In this document: piece after piece, positions 9,516 through 18,050 of the stretch
Position numbering within the stretch: the stretch's first letter is position 1
Layout: each line of letters begins with the position of its first letter
Assembly (NCBI GenBank): GCA_965242855.1
Contig: OZ251509.1
Coordinates: forward strand, 35,286 to 99,285
Reading direction: 5' to 3'
DNA length: 64,000 nucleotides
DNA from: Alphaproteobacteria bacterium
Lineage (GTDB): Bacteria; Pseudomonadota; Alphaproteobacteria; UBA828
Made by a program: the position numbers and the translations under genes
Notes under the pieces: model-generated
Databases searched by the model: none
Seen by the model: the letters and a program-made list of their open reading frames with translations, nothing else
What the model was told of the DNA's origin: nothing

Positions 9516-10455
9516 CGGCCCGGGGGCGCCGGCGCGGCTGCGCGGCCGCGCCCTGCTCGTGCCGACGCTGCTGCTCCTGCTGGGCGGCGTCGCCTATGGC
9601 GGCATCTTCTCGGCCAACAAGCTGGCGGCCGGGGTGGCCTTCCCGGCCTTCGCCTACACCTTCTGGGTCGCGCTCCTCGCCGGCGCGGCGCTGCTGATCG
9701 TGGGCGCCCTCACCGGCAACCTGCCGCAGACGAGCCGCGCGCATCTCGCGCAATACGCCAGGCTCGCCGTGCTGGCGCTGATCCTCCCGGTGCTGACGAC
9801 GGCGCTCGCCGCCCGCGCACTGCCGGCCGGCGTGATCACCCTGGTCCTCACCCTGGTGCCGGGGCTCACCTTCGCGATGTCCTTCGCCGCGCGGCTGGAG
9901 CGCTTCGACGGCCTGAGCCTGGCCGGCCTCGCACTGGGCGCGGGCGGGGTGCTGCTGATCGTGCTCCCCGAACAGAGCCTGCCCCAGGCGGGCGCCTGGA
10001 TGTGGATGCTGGTGGCGCTGGTGGCGGCGCTGGCGGCCGCCGGCTCCAACGTCGTGGCGACGGCGTATCGCCCGCCGCGCTCGAGCTCGCTGGCGCTCGC
10101 CTGCGGCATCCTGCTGGCCGCCGCCGCCGGCATGTTGCCGGTGATGCTGGCGACGGACGGGCCTTACCTCCTCACCGAGGCGGGCTGGCCGGGGATCGCG
10201 GGAGTGGCGTGGACCGCGGCGATCCACTGCGTCACCTTCTATTGCTTCCAGGAAGTGACGCGCCGGGCGGGCGCGGTCTTCTTCGCGCAGTTCAATTATC
10301 TGGTGGTGGCCGCCGGCCTCTTCTGGGCTCTGCTGCTCTTCGACGAGCGGTTGGGCGCCTGGGTCTGGGGCGCGCTGGCCTGCATGATCGCCGGCCTCTG
10401 GCTCGTCAACACCGGCCAGCGCCGCCGCGCCCGCGCCGCCGCCGCCGCCCCGTGA
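9508..10455 (+). CDS. DMT superfamily (EamA-type) transporter
   Basis: About 10 hydrophobic helices in two EamA-like halves. ATG at 9508 overlaps the acdS stop (ATGGCTGA). The ORF-track start at 9379 lies inside acdS. Confidence 0.8.
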   Translation: MADGPGAPARLRGRALLVPTLLLLLGGVAYGGIFSANKLAAGVAFPAFAYTFWVALLAGAALLIVGALTGNLPQTSRAHLAQYARLAVLALILPVLTTALAARALPAGVITLVLTLVPGLTFAMSFAARLERFDGLSLAGLALGAGGVLLIVLPEQSLPQAGAWMWMLVALVAALAAAGSNVVATAYRPPRSSSLALACGILLAAAAGMLPVMLATDGPYLLTEAGWPGIAGVAWTAAIHCVTFYCFQEVTRRAGAVFFAQFNYLVVAAGLFWALLLFDERLGAWVWGALACMIAGLWLVNTGQRRRARAAAAAP

Positions 10456-10530
10456 GGGCGCTCCACAAGGCCCTACAAGACGCCGGGGAGTGGTAGGATC
10501 GGGAGCGAACGGGCGCGCGGGAGGCAGGCG

Positions 10531-11454
10531 GTGCGGACGGTCTTTATCGATTGCCCCTCTTTTCTGGCGGCGCTTTACGACGAGGGCTTGCGGGAGATTC
10601 TGCCGGCTCTGGAGCTGGTGGTGGACGATGCTCCCTGCGCCGACCCGGCGGCCCGCATCGGCGACGCGGTGGGTGCGATCGACGACCACACCCGCCTGAC
10701 GGCGACCGACCTCGACGCCTGCCCCGCCCTGCGGACCATCGTCTTCATGGGCACCGGCGCCTCGAGCTACATCGACCTGGCCGCCGCCGCCGCGCGCGGC
10801 ATCGCCGTGCACACCATCAAGGGCTACGGCGACCGCTCCGTCGCCGAGCATGCGCTCGCGCTCATGTTCGACTGCGGGCGCCGGGTCGCGCGGATGGACC
10901 GCGCGCTCCGCGCCGGACGCTGGCGCACGCTGGACGGGATCGAGTTCGCGGGCAAGACCCTGGGCGTGGTGGGCACCGGCGGAGTCGGGCGCGAGACGGC
11001 GCGGCTCGCGGCCGCGCTCGGCATGAAGGTGCTCGCCTGGAACCGCAGCGGCGTGCCCGCCGGGCTGCCCTGCGCGCCGGCCGACAGCCTCGATTCACTG
11101 CTCGCCGCCGCCGACGTGGTCTCGCTCCACGTCGCCTTGAACGACGAGACCGCCGGCATGATCGACGCTCGCCGCCTCGCCCTGATGCGGCCCGAGGCGA
11201 TCCTGATCAACACCGCCCGCGGCGCGGTCGTGGACGAAGCGGCGCTGGCGGAGGCGTTGCGGAGCGGCCGGCTCCGCGCCGCCGGCCTCGACGTCTTCGC
11301 CGACGAGCCGCTGTCCGCCAGCCACCCCCTGGCGGCGCTGGAGAACGTCACGCTCACGCCGCACGCCGCCTTCATGACCGCCGAGGCCTCCGCCCGCCTC
11401 CTGCGCCTGGCCCTGGAGCGGATGCGCGCCGCCCTCGACGGGGCCGACCGCTAA
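10531..11454 (+). CDS. D-isomer-specific 2-hydroxyacid dehydrogenase family protein
   Basis: GTG start with GGGAGG RBS. NAD fold GVVGTGGVGRETARLAAALGMKV. Family-typical INTARGAVVDEAAL and TPHAAF motifs. Confidence 0.88.
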   Translation: MRTVFIDCPSFLAALYDEGLREILPALELVVDDAPCADPAARIGDAVGAIDDHTRLTATDLDACPALRTIVFMGTGASSYIDLAAAAARGIAVHTIKGYGDRSVAEHALALMFDCGRRVARMDRALRAGRWRTLDGIEFAGKTLGVVGTGGVGRETARLAAALGMKVLAWNRSGVPAGLPCAPADSLDSLLAAADVVSLHVALNDETAGMIDARRLALMRPEAILINTARGAVVDEAALAEALRSGRLRAAGLDVFADEPLSASHPLAALENVTLTPHAAFMTAEASARLLRLALERMRAALDGADR

Positions 11455-11458
11455 CGCC

Positions 11459-12688
11459 GTGGCGGACGCGGCGGAGCGCCCGCGCACCCACCGCGGCGTG
11501 GGGCGCCGCAACCGGCAGGCGGTGCTGCAGGCGCTGGTGCTGCGCGGGCCGCTGCCGCGGACGGAGATCGCCGCGGCGGTCGGCCTCTCCCTGCCGACGC
11601 TCTCGCGCATCGCACACCGCCTGCTCGCCGCGGGGCTGGCGCGGGAAGTGCCCGGGGAACGGGGCGACGCCACGGCCGGGCGGGGCCGACCGCCCCTTCT
11701 CCTGGACATCGACCCGCAGGGCGGGCAGGTGCTCGGGATCGGCATAAGCCCGAGCTTCCAGACGGTCGTCCTGGCCGACCTCAAGAACCGGGCCGTCGCG
11801 GAAAGCGCCCTGAGACTCGATTCGCTCGACGATCCGGATGCGGTCATCGGGCGGCTCGCCGACGAGAGCCGGCGCCTGATCGCCGCCCATGCCGCGGATC
11901 GCCGCCGCCTGCTCGGGGGCTTCCTGACGCTTCCCGGCTGGGTGGACGGGGAAGGCATCCTGCGAAACTCCTACTACCTGGGATGGAACGGCATCCCGGT
12001 GCGCGCGCGCTTCGCCGATCTGCTCGGCCTGCCGATGCGGGTCGAGGGGCTGGCCACCGCCCTGGTGCTCGCGGAAGCGCGCTTCGGCGCCGCGCGGGGG
12101 CGGAACGACGTGCTGCTGCTGGTCAGCGGCATGGGCCTCGCCGCGGGGCTGATCGTGAACGGGCGCCCGGTCAAGGGCCGCCGCTTCCAGGCCGGCGTGC
12201 TGGGCGCCATGGCGGCGGCGGACGAGGACGGCCGCGCCACGACGCTGGAGCGTCACGCCAGCGGCTTCCACGTCCTGCGGTGCCTGCACGGCGACGCCGC
12301 CCTCGCCGGCATGTCCCGCGCCGCGCGGGGGCGCGCGCTGCTGGACGCCGTCCGGCGCGACCGCGGCGGGGAGCCGGCCGCGGGCGCCGCCATGGCCGAG
12401 GCGGGCCGCGCACTGGGGCGCGCCGCCGCCGAACTCGCGCGCCTGGTCTCGCCGGAGATCGTGGTGCTCTCCGGCCCGATCTTCGAGGCGCCCGGCTACG
12501 TCGCGGCGACCAGCGCGGCCTTTCGCGAAGGGCTGGGAGAAGACGGGATCGAGGTCGTCATCGGCGGCGCGACCGTCGCCCCCGGCGGCCCATCGGCGGC
12601 CTGCGGGCTGGCGCTCTGCGAATACCTGTTCGAGAGGGAGCCGGACCTGGCCGGCCTGGCCCGGACGGCGCCCGCCGCGCTCGCTTGA
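11459..12688 (+). CDS. ROK family transcriptional regulator
   Basis: N-terminal wHTH (RRNRQAVLQALVLRGPLPRTEIAAAVGLSLPTLSRIAHRLL) followed by a ROK/sugar-kinase-like fold. Confidence 0.8.
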   Translation: MADAAERPRTHRGVGRRNRQAVLQALVLRGPLPRTEIAAAVGLSLPTLSRIAHRLLAAGLAREVPGERGDATAGRGRPPLLLDIDPQGGQVLGIGISPSFQTVVLADLKNRAVAESALRLDSLDDPDAVIGRLADESRRLIAAHAADRRRLLGGFLTLPGWVDGEGILRNSYYLGWNGIPVRARFADLLGLPMRVEGLATALVLAEARFGAARGRNDVLLLVSGMGLAAGLIVNGRPVKGRRFQAGVLGAMAAADEDGRATTLERHASGFHVLRCLHGDAALAGMSRAARGRALLDAVRRDRGGEPAAGAAMAEAGRALGRAAAELARLVSPEIVVLSGPIFEAPGYVAATSAAFREGLGEDGIEVVIGGATVAPGGPSAACGLALCEYLFEREPDLAGLARTAPAALA

Positions 12689-12719
12689 AGTCCGCGCCCC
12701 CGCGCCCCCGCCGCGGGCG

Positions 12720-15095
12720 TCACGCGCATTTGGAATAGCCGCAGGAGAGGCAGAGGTCGCAGCCTTCGCGGTGGAGCAGGCCGGGCTGGCCGCAGCGCCC
12801 GCAGAGCTTCGGCGGGTCGGCCGGCGCGCCTCCCTCCGCGCCTTCTTCCACGTCTTCTTCCCCGGGCGCGACGGCGGGCGCGGGCGGCGTGCGGACGCCG
12901 ATCGAGACCAGGTGCCGCTCGATCACGCCGCCGATGGCGGCCAGGAGGGAGGGCACGTAGTGGCCCTCCATCCACTGCCCGCCCCGCGGGTCGAAGACCG
13001 CCTTGAGCTCGTCGACCACGAACGACACGTCGCCGCCCCGGCGGAACACGGCGCTGATCATCCGCGTGAGTGCGACCGTCCAGGCGTAGTGCTCGGTGTT
13101 CTTGGAGTTGACGAAGATTTCGAAGGGCTGCCGGCGCCCGTCGCGGATGACGTCGTTGATGGTGATGTAGATGGCGTGGTCGTGCTCGGGCCAGCGGATC
13201 TTGTAGGTGCTGCCCTGCAGGGCCTCCGGCCGCTCCAGCGGGCGGGTCATGTAGACCACCCCGCCGGCCTCGTAAGGATCGCTCGGTCGCACCGGCGGCG
13301 GGCGCAACGGCAGCTCGGCCTGCCGGACGGTCGCGCGCACGCCGGCGGGCGAAGGGGCGGCACGGGGCGCGGGCCGAGCGGCCGGCTCCTCCCCGGCGGC
13401 GGTTCCGCCTTCGAGCACCGCGCCGGTCACCGGGTTGGGCCGGTAGGTGGTGCAGCCCTTGCAGCCCAGGTCGAAGGCCCGCATGTAGACGTCCTTGAAG
13501 TCGTCGAAGGCCATCGCCTCCGGGCAGTTGATGGTCTTGGAGATGGAGCTGTCGACGAAGGACTGGACGCGCGCCTGCACCACGAGATGGTCGGCGGGGC
13601 GGAGCGCCTGGGCGTCGACGAAATAATCGGGCAGCGGCGTCGTCTCGCCCTTCAGGCGGCGGAACAGCGAGCAGGCGTAATCGTCCACCGCCTCCGCGCG
13701 GCGCGTGCCGTCCGGCATCAGGACGTTGCGGGTGTAGGAATAGCTGAACACCGGCTCGATGCCGGAGGAGACGTTGCCCGCCAGCAGCGAGATGGTGCCG
13801 GTGGGCGCCACCGAGGTCAGCAGCGCGTTGCGGACCCCGGAGGCGCGGAGCGCCGCCCGGACGTCATCGTCGAGGCGGCGGACGGTCTCGCCCTCGGCGT
13901 AGCGCGCGGCGTCGTAGAGGGGGAAGGCGCCCTTCTCCGCGGCGAGCCGGGCCGAGGCGAGGTAGGCCGCGCGTCGCAGACCGCCCATCCAGCGGTCGAT
14001 CAGGGCGTTCGCCTCCGCGCCGCCGTAGCGCGCCCGGCACATGATGAGCGCGTCGGCCAGGCCGGTGACGCCGAGCCCGATGCGCCGCTTCGCCGCCGCC
14101 TCCTCCCGCTGCGCCTCGAGCGGGAAGTGCGAGCGGTCGATGGCGTCGTCGAGCATCCGCACCGCGGTCGCCGTCAGGGATTCGAGGGCCGCCATGTCGA
14201 GCGCAGCCTCCGCCTCGAAGGGGTTCCGCACCAGGGCGGCCAGGTTGATGGAGCCGAGCAGGCAGGCGCCGTAGGGCGGCAACGGCTGTTCACCGCAGGG
14301 GTTGGTGGCGAAGATCTCCTCGCAATAAGCGAGGTTGTTGGCGCGGTTGATCCGGTCGATGAAGATCACGCCGGGTTCGGCGTAGGCGTAGGTCGCGCGG
14401 ATCATGCGCTCCCAGAGGGCGCGGGCCGAGACGGTCTTGTGGACGGTGCCGGCGAAGCGCAGAGCCCACGGCGCGTCGCTCTTGACCGCCTGCATGAAGG
14501 CGTCGGTGACCAGCACCGAGAGGTTGAACATGCGCAGCCGGCCGGGGTCGCGCTTGGCCTCGACGAAGGCTTCGACGTCCGGGTGGTCGCAGCGCAGGCA
14601 GCCCATCATGGCGCCGCGGCGGAAGCCCGCGCTCATGATCGTCCGGCACATCGAATCCCAGACGTCCATGAACGGCAGCGGCCCGGAGGCGTCGGCGCCG
14701 ACGCCCTCGACCGCCGCTCCCTTCGGCCGGAGCGTGGAGAAGTCGTAGCCGATGCCGCCGCCCCGCTGCATGGTCAGCGCCGCTTCCTTCAAGTGCTGGA
14801 AGATGGCGGCCATGTCGTCGCCGATCCGCCCCATGACGAAGCAGTTGAAGAGCGTGATCCTGCGCTCCGTGCCGGCGCCGGCGAGGATGCGGCCCGCCGG
14901 CAGGAACTTGAAGCCTTCGAGGGCGCGGTAGAACGCCGCCTCCCAGCGCGCGGGCTCCGCCTCGACCGAGGCCAGCGCCTGCGCCACCCGCCGCCAGCTG
15001 TCCTCGATCGTGCGGTCGACGGGCGCGCCGTCTGCCCCCTTCAGGCGGTACTTCATGTCCCAGATGCGGGAGGAGATCGGCAGCATCTCAGTCAT
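12720..15095 (-). CDS. nrdJ: Class II (adenosylcobalamin-dependent) ribonucleotide reductase
   Basis: TNPCGEQPLPPYGACLLGSINL active-site region. SISKTINCPE. C-terminal Cys-rich tail CGRCGQPG...CDLCLSCGYSKC. Start at ATG 15095 (MTEMLPISSRIWDMKYRLK). The upstream extension to 15260 is non-homologous. Confidence 0.93.
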   Translation of the reverse strand: MTEMLPISSRIWDMKYRLKGADGAPVDRTIEDSWRRVAQALASVEAEPARWEAAFYRALEGFKFLPAGRILAGAGTERRITLFNCFVMGRIGDDMAAIFQHLKEAALTMQRGGGIGYDFSTLRPKGAAVEGVGADASGPLPFMDVWDSMCRTIMSAGFRRGAMMGCLRCDHPDVEAFVEAKRDPGRLRMFNLSVLVTDAFMQAVKSDAPWALRFAGTVHKTVSARALWERMIRATYAYAEPGVIFIDRINRANNLAYCEEIFATNPCGEQPLPPYGACLLGSINLAALVRNPFEAEAALDMAALESLTATAVRMLDDAIDRSHFPLEAQREEAAAKRRIGLGVTGLADALIMCRARYGGAEANALIDRWMGGLRRAAYLASARLAAEKGAFPLYDAARYAEGETVRRLDDDVRAALRASGVRNALLTSVAPTGTISLLAGNVSSGIEPVFSYSYTRNVLMPDGTRRAEAVDDYACSLFRRLKGETTPLPDYFVDAQALRPADHLVVQARVQSFVDSSISKTINCPEAMAFDDFKDVYMRAFDLGCKGCTTYRPNPVTGAVLEGGTAAGEEPAARPAPRAAPSPAGVRATVRQAELPLRPPPVRPSDPYEAGGVVYMTRPLERPEALQGSTYKIRWPEHDHAIYITINDVIRDGRRQPFEIFVNSKNTEHYAWTVALTRMISAVFRRGGDVSFVVDELKAVFDPRGGQWMEGHYVPSLLAAIGGVIERHLVSIGVRTPPAPAVAPGEEDVEEGAEGGAPADPPKLCGRCGQPGLLHREGCDLCLSCGYSKCA

Positions 15096-15231
15096 GGCTC
15101 CGTCCTCGGCGCGCAGGCCTCCGCACTCGCGCTTTTCCGTCTTTCCTTCGCATCCGCCGTGTCCGTTTCGCGCCCTCTCAATCTTGCCCGATCTGGCGGT
15201 GCGGGGCCATGTCGGCGTAAGCTCCGGCGTC

Positions 15232-16245
15232 ATGGAATCGCGGGGTGCGCTGCTGGTCACCGGCGGCGCCGGCTATATCGGCAGCCATGCCGTGCTGGCG
15301 TTTCGCGAGGCGGGCTATCCCGTCGTCGTCCTCGACGACCTCTCGACCGGGCGGCGCGCGGCGGTGCCGGGCGACATGCCCTTCGTCGAGGGCGATGCGG
15401 GCGACGCCGCGACCGTGAGCGGGATCGTGGCCGCGCACGGCATAGCCGCCGTCGCGCACTTCGCCGGCAGCGTCGTGGTGCCGGAATCGGTGGCCGATCC
15501 CCTGACCTACTACCGCAACAACAGCGCCGCCAGCGCGACCCTGATCCGCGCCTGCATCGACGGCGGGGTGCGCCGCTTCGTCTTCTCCTCGACAGCGGCG
15601 GTGTACGGCGCGCCGGAATCGGTTCCGGTGAGCGAGGGGGCGGCGTGCGCGCCGCTCAACCCCTACGGCAGTTCCAAGCTGGTGACCGAGTGGATGCTGC
15701 GTGACGCGGCAGCCGCCCACGATTTTCGCTATCTGGCGCTGCGCTACTTCAACGTCGCCGGCGCCGACCCGGAGGGGCGGACGGGGCAGTCCACGCCCGA
15801 GGCGACGCATCTGATCAAGATCGCCGCCGAGGCGACGGTCGGCCTGCGCCGGCGCGTCACCGTCTTCGGCACGGATTATGACACGCCGGACGGCACCTGC
15901 GTGCGCGACTACATCCATGTCTCCGATCTCGCCCGCGCCCATGTCGCGGCGCTGCGCCATCTGGAGGAGGGCGGCGGCAACTGCGCGCTCAACTGCGGCT
16001 ACGGCCACGGCTTCTCCGTCCGCCAGGTGCTCGACGCGATGCAGGCGGAATCCGGCACGGCCCTCGAGGTCCGCGACGGCCCGCGCCGCGCGGGCGATCC
16101 GCCGACGCTGGTCGCCGACCCGTCGCTCCTGCGCACGACGCTCGGCTGGTCCCCCCGCCACGACGACCTCCGCTTCATCCTGCGCACGGCGCTGGCGTGG
16201 GAGTGGAAGAGGGTCGGGGGGGGGGGGGGGGTGAGAAAACGTTGA
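15232..16245 (+). CDS. galE: UDP-glucose 4-epimerase
   Basis: LLVTGGAGYIGSH Rossmann motif. Catalytic YGSSK. Full-length GalE-like sequence. The last codons (GGGGGVRKR) are encoded by the poly-G tract. Confidence 0.92.
   Translation: MESRGALLVTGGAGYIGSHAVLAFREAGYPVVVLDDLSTGRRAAVPGDMPFVEGDAGDAATVSGIVAAHGIAAVAHFAGSVVVPESVADPLTYYRNNSAASATLIRACIDGGVRRFVFSSTAAVYGAPESVPVSEGAACAPLNPYGSSKLVTEWMLRDAAAAHDFRYLALRYFNVAGADPEGRTGQSTPEATHLIKIAAEATVGLRRRVTVFGTDYDTPDGTCVRDYIHVSDLARAHVAALRHLEEGGGNCALNCGYGHGFSVRQVLDAMQAESGTALEVRDGPRRAGDPPTLVADPSLLRTTLGWSPRHDDLRFILRTALAWEWKRVGGGGGVRKR
16216..16231 (+). repeat. Homopolymeric G16 tract at the 3-prime end of galE
   Basis: Counted directly: 16 consecutive G at 16216-16231, encoding Gly5 plus the G of GTG. 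Confidence 0.95.
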
Positions 16246-16333
16246 GCCGTGCGGAAGACCCGTCATTCCCGCTCCTGTCTATCCGCAAGATTCATCCAGT
16301 GACGGGAGCACTGTAGGGCCCATTCATGCTCTT

Positions 16334-16395
16334 CCCCCGGCAGGGGGACGGGAGGGAGCCGTTCACACTCCTCCCCCCTGTCCAAGGGGGAGGAG
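16334..16395 (+). repeat. GC-rich palindromic element, copy X (CCCCCGGCAGGG ... CTCCTCCCCC/GGGGGAGGAG hairpin)
   Basis: A 10-bp stem (16368-16377 pairs with 16386-16395) with an 8-nt loop, preceded by CCCCCGGCAGGG at 16334-16345. An inverted copy lies at 20909-20956. Confidence 0.7.
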
Positions 16396-16592
16396 ATCGT
16401 TTTGGGCCGGACGAGCAACCCCGACCGGCGCCGCCATGATGTTCCAGTCGGGAATATCGGGAGAATCCCCACTCCAGCAGCGGAGCGCCCCATGCATAAT
16501 GCATACATGGCGAACACAGACTCGCATGATGAACTCAGGCGCGCCCGGCGCGCCATGTTCCAAACCGAGACGCTACCGGGATACGGAAACGC

Positions 16593-16621
16593 TTGCGCTT
16601 GGCCTCCCGACGGCGTAGCGT
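16593..16621 (+). promoter_or_regulatory. Putative sigma70-type promoter giving a leaderless transcript of the first DUF1640-like gene
   Basis: TTGCGC (16593-16598), 17-nt spacer, TAGCGT (16616-16621), then 6 nt before the ATG at 16628. No SD sequence. The arrangement is conserved base for base upstream of the second copy. Confidence 0.4.
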
Positions 16622-16627
16622 CGGCGC

Positions 16628-16873
16628 ATGGCCATCGTCGCATTCGATACCCTTGTCACGGCGCGCAAGCTCAAGGCCGCCGGGGTCGAAGACGCCCAGG
16701 CCGAAGCGCACGCTGAAGCCATCGCGGCCGCCGTCACCGGCGGTGACCTCGCGACCAAGGCCGACCGCGCCGGTCTCGAAACGCGCCTGGCCGTCCGCTT
16801 CTACGGAATCGCCGCCGGGATCATCGCCGCGAATACCGGCCTGACCGTCGCCTTGCTCAAGCTCTTGCCGTAG
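16628..16873 (+). CDS. DUF1640-like coiled-coil, C-terminally tail-anchored small protein (copy 1)
   Basis: 81 aa. MAIVAFDT...RKLKAAGVEDAQAEAHAEAI...LATKAD...LETRL then hydrophobic tail GIAAGIIAANTGLTVALLKLLP. GC3-rich coding signal. Confidence 0.7.
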   Translation: MAIVAFDTLVTARKLKAAGVEDAQAEAHAEAIAAAVTGGDLATKADRAGLETRLAVRFYGIAAGIIAANTGLTVALLKLLP

Positions 16874-16996
16874 AAGGGCGGTCGGGCGGCGCGGAGGCGG
16901 GCGGTTTCCTCGCGCTTGATCCAACGGCGTCGTGGCGAGGCGCTCCGAAGCGGTGACCGATGGTTCGTCCCGATACCGCGCGGGACACGGAAACGC

Positions 16997-17025
16997 TTGC
17001 GCCTAGCCTCCCGACGGCGTAGCGT
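16997..17025 (+). promoter_or_regulatory. Putative leaderless promoter of the second DUF1640-like gene
   Basis: Same TTGCGC-17 nt-TAGCGT-6 nt-ATG geometry as at 16593-16628. Confidence 0.4.
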
Positions 17026-17031
17026 CGGCGC

Positions 17032-17289
17032 ATGGCCATCGCCGCATTCGATACCCTCGCCACGGCGCGCAAGCTCAAGGCCGCCGGGGTCGAAGACGCC
17101 CAGGCCGAAGCACATGCCGAAGCCATCGCAGCCGCCGTCACCGGCGGCGCCCTCGCGACCAGGGCCGACCTCAAGGCTGGCCTCGCCAGCCTCGAAACGC
17201 GCCTGACCAGCCGCTTCTACGGCATTGCCGCCGGGATCGTCGCCGCGAACACCGGACTGACCGTCGCCTTGCTCAAGCTCCTGCCGTAG
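17032..17289 (+). CDS. DUF1640-like coiled-coil, tail-anchored small protein (copy 2)
   Basis: 85 aa. Highly similar to copy 1 (same N-terminus, same C-terminal TM tail), with a 4-aa insertion in the coiled coil. Confidence 0.7.
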   Translation: MAIAAFDTLATARKLKAAGVEDAQAEAHAEAIAAAVTGGALATRADLKAGLASLETRLTSRFYGIAAGIVAANTGLTVALLKLLP

Positions 17290-17446
17290 GGAGTGGGGGC
17301 AGTAGAGTGGGCGGGGAGTGGGAAAGCGTTGAACCCGTGCGTGTGTGTGCCATAATTATATCCGTTAGCGTGTACCCGCGCCTCGACCGATGAGCGGCGC
17401 CACGAGATCGTGCGGCAGGCTGGCGCCACGAGATGGAGGACAGGTG

Positions 17447-17716
17447 ATGAGCAAGGCCATTGAGGTCATCCGTGTCGTCGTGGAACGAAATCAGGACGGA
17501 TGGTACATGGCGACAAGCCCCGACATGCCGGGATTGCTTGTGGCCAACCCGAACGAATCCGCCACCATCGAGGATATCCCTACCACAATCAGCGCACTCT
17601 ACAAAGCGCAGCATGACCTTGACGTTGTCGTGAAGGAGGCCGCTTGGCCTCAAGCGAACACGCCTAACGAACCGTCGCCATGGGTGGCGATGCGGCCCGA
17701 AATCGCCGTCGCATAG
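17447..17716 (+). CDS. HicB-like antitoxin N-terminal-fold protein (DUF1902-like)
   Basis: GGAGGA RBS 6 nt upstream of ATG 17447. MSKAIEVIRVVVERNQDGWYMATSPDMPGLLVANPNESATIEDIPTTISALY fits the HicB/DUF1902 pattern (beta strands, W.A.spd.PGl, then a helix). No recognisable DNA-binding domain. Confidence 0.55.
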   Translation: MSKAIEVIRVVVERNQDGWYMATSPDMPGLLVANPNESATIEDIPTTISALYKAQHDLDVVVKEAAWPQANTPNEPSPWVAMRPEIAVA

Positions 17717-17734
17717 CGAGAATGGGGCTCTTTC

Positions 17735-17953
17735 ATGGCGATGCGCTTGTTCGACAAGGAGGCTTTTCAAGCCGAGTTGAAGCGGTCCGGTCTTGAACCG
17801 ACATCTATCACGACCTCCACAGGCCGCCTCTGGAAAACCAGAGACGGCCTTTTCATTTCTGTACCCGAGATTGAGGACACGTACCCCGATTCCATCCTTG
17901 AAGCGGTGCTGCGCCAAGCCGGTCTCTTGTATAAAAACAATAGCAATTCTTGA
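17735..17953 (+). CDS. HicA-like small protein lacking the canonical catalytic His
   Basis: 72 aa. FQAELKRSGLEP...STGRLWKTRDGLFISVPEIEDTYPDSILEAVLRQAGLL aligns by eye to the HicA layout (..L...GW...GSHH.f.h....vtvP.h..dl..gtl.sIlkqAGl). STGR sits where GSHH is expected. Lies 18 nt downstream of the HicB-like gene. Confidence 0.45.
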   Translation: MAMRLFDKEAFQAELKRSGLEPTSITTSTGRLWKTRDGLFISVPEIEDTYPDSILEAVLRQAGLLYKNNSNS

Positions 17954-18050
17954 AAACTAAGGGAATTACTCGGTTTGGTTGACGCACGAGTTCCGAATCC
18001 CAATCGTCCCCGCACTATAGAAAGCGCACTCCATATTGAGACACTACCGA

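Noticed and set aside
15096-15231. Possible cobalamin riboswitch or NrdR box in the nrdJ/galE divergent region
   Set aside because: I could not recognise a B12-box or NrdR-box consensus by eye, and the region is only about 136 nt. It needs an Rfam/Infernal scan before any claim.
12771-15704. 977-aa ORF on the plus strand opposite nrdJ
   Set aside because: It is antisense to a gene with unambiguous RNR motifs. Its sequence is low-complexity and Arg/Gly/Asp-rich.
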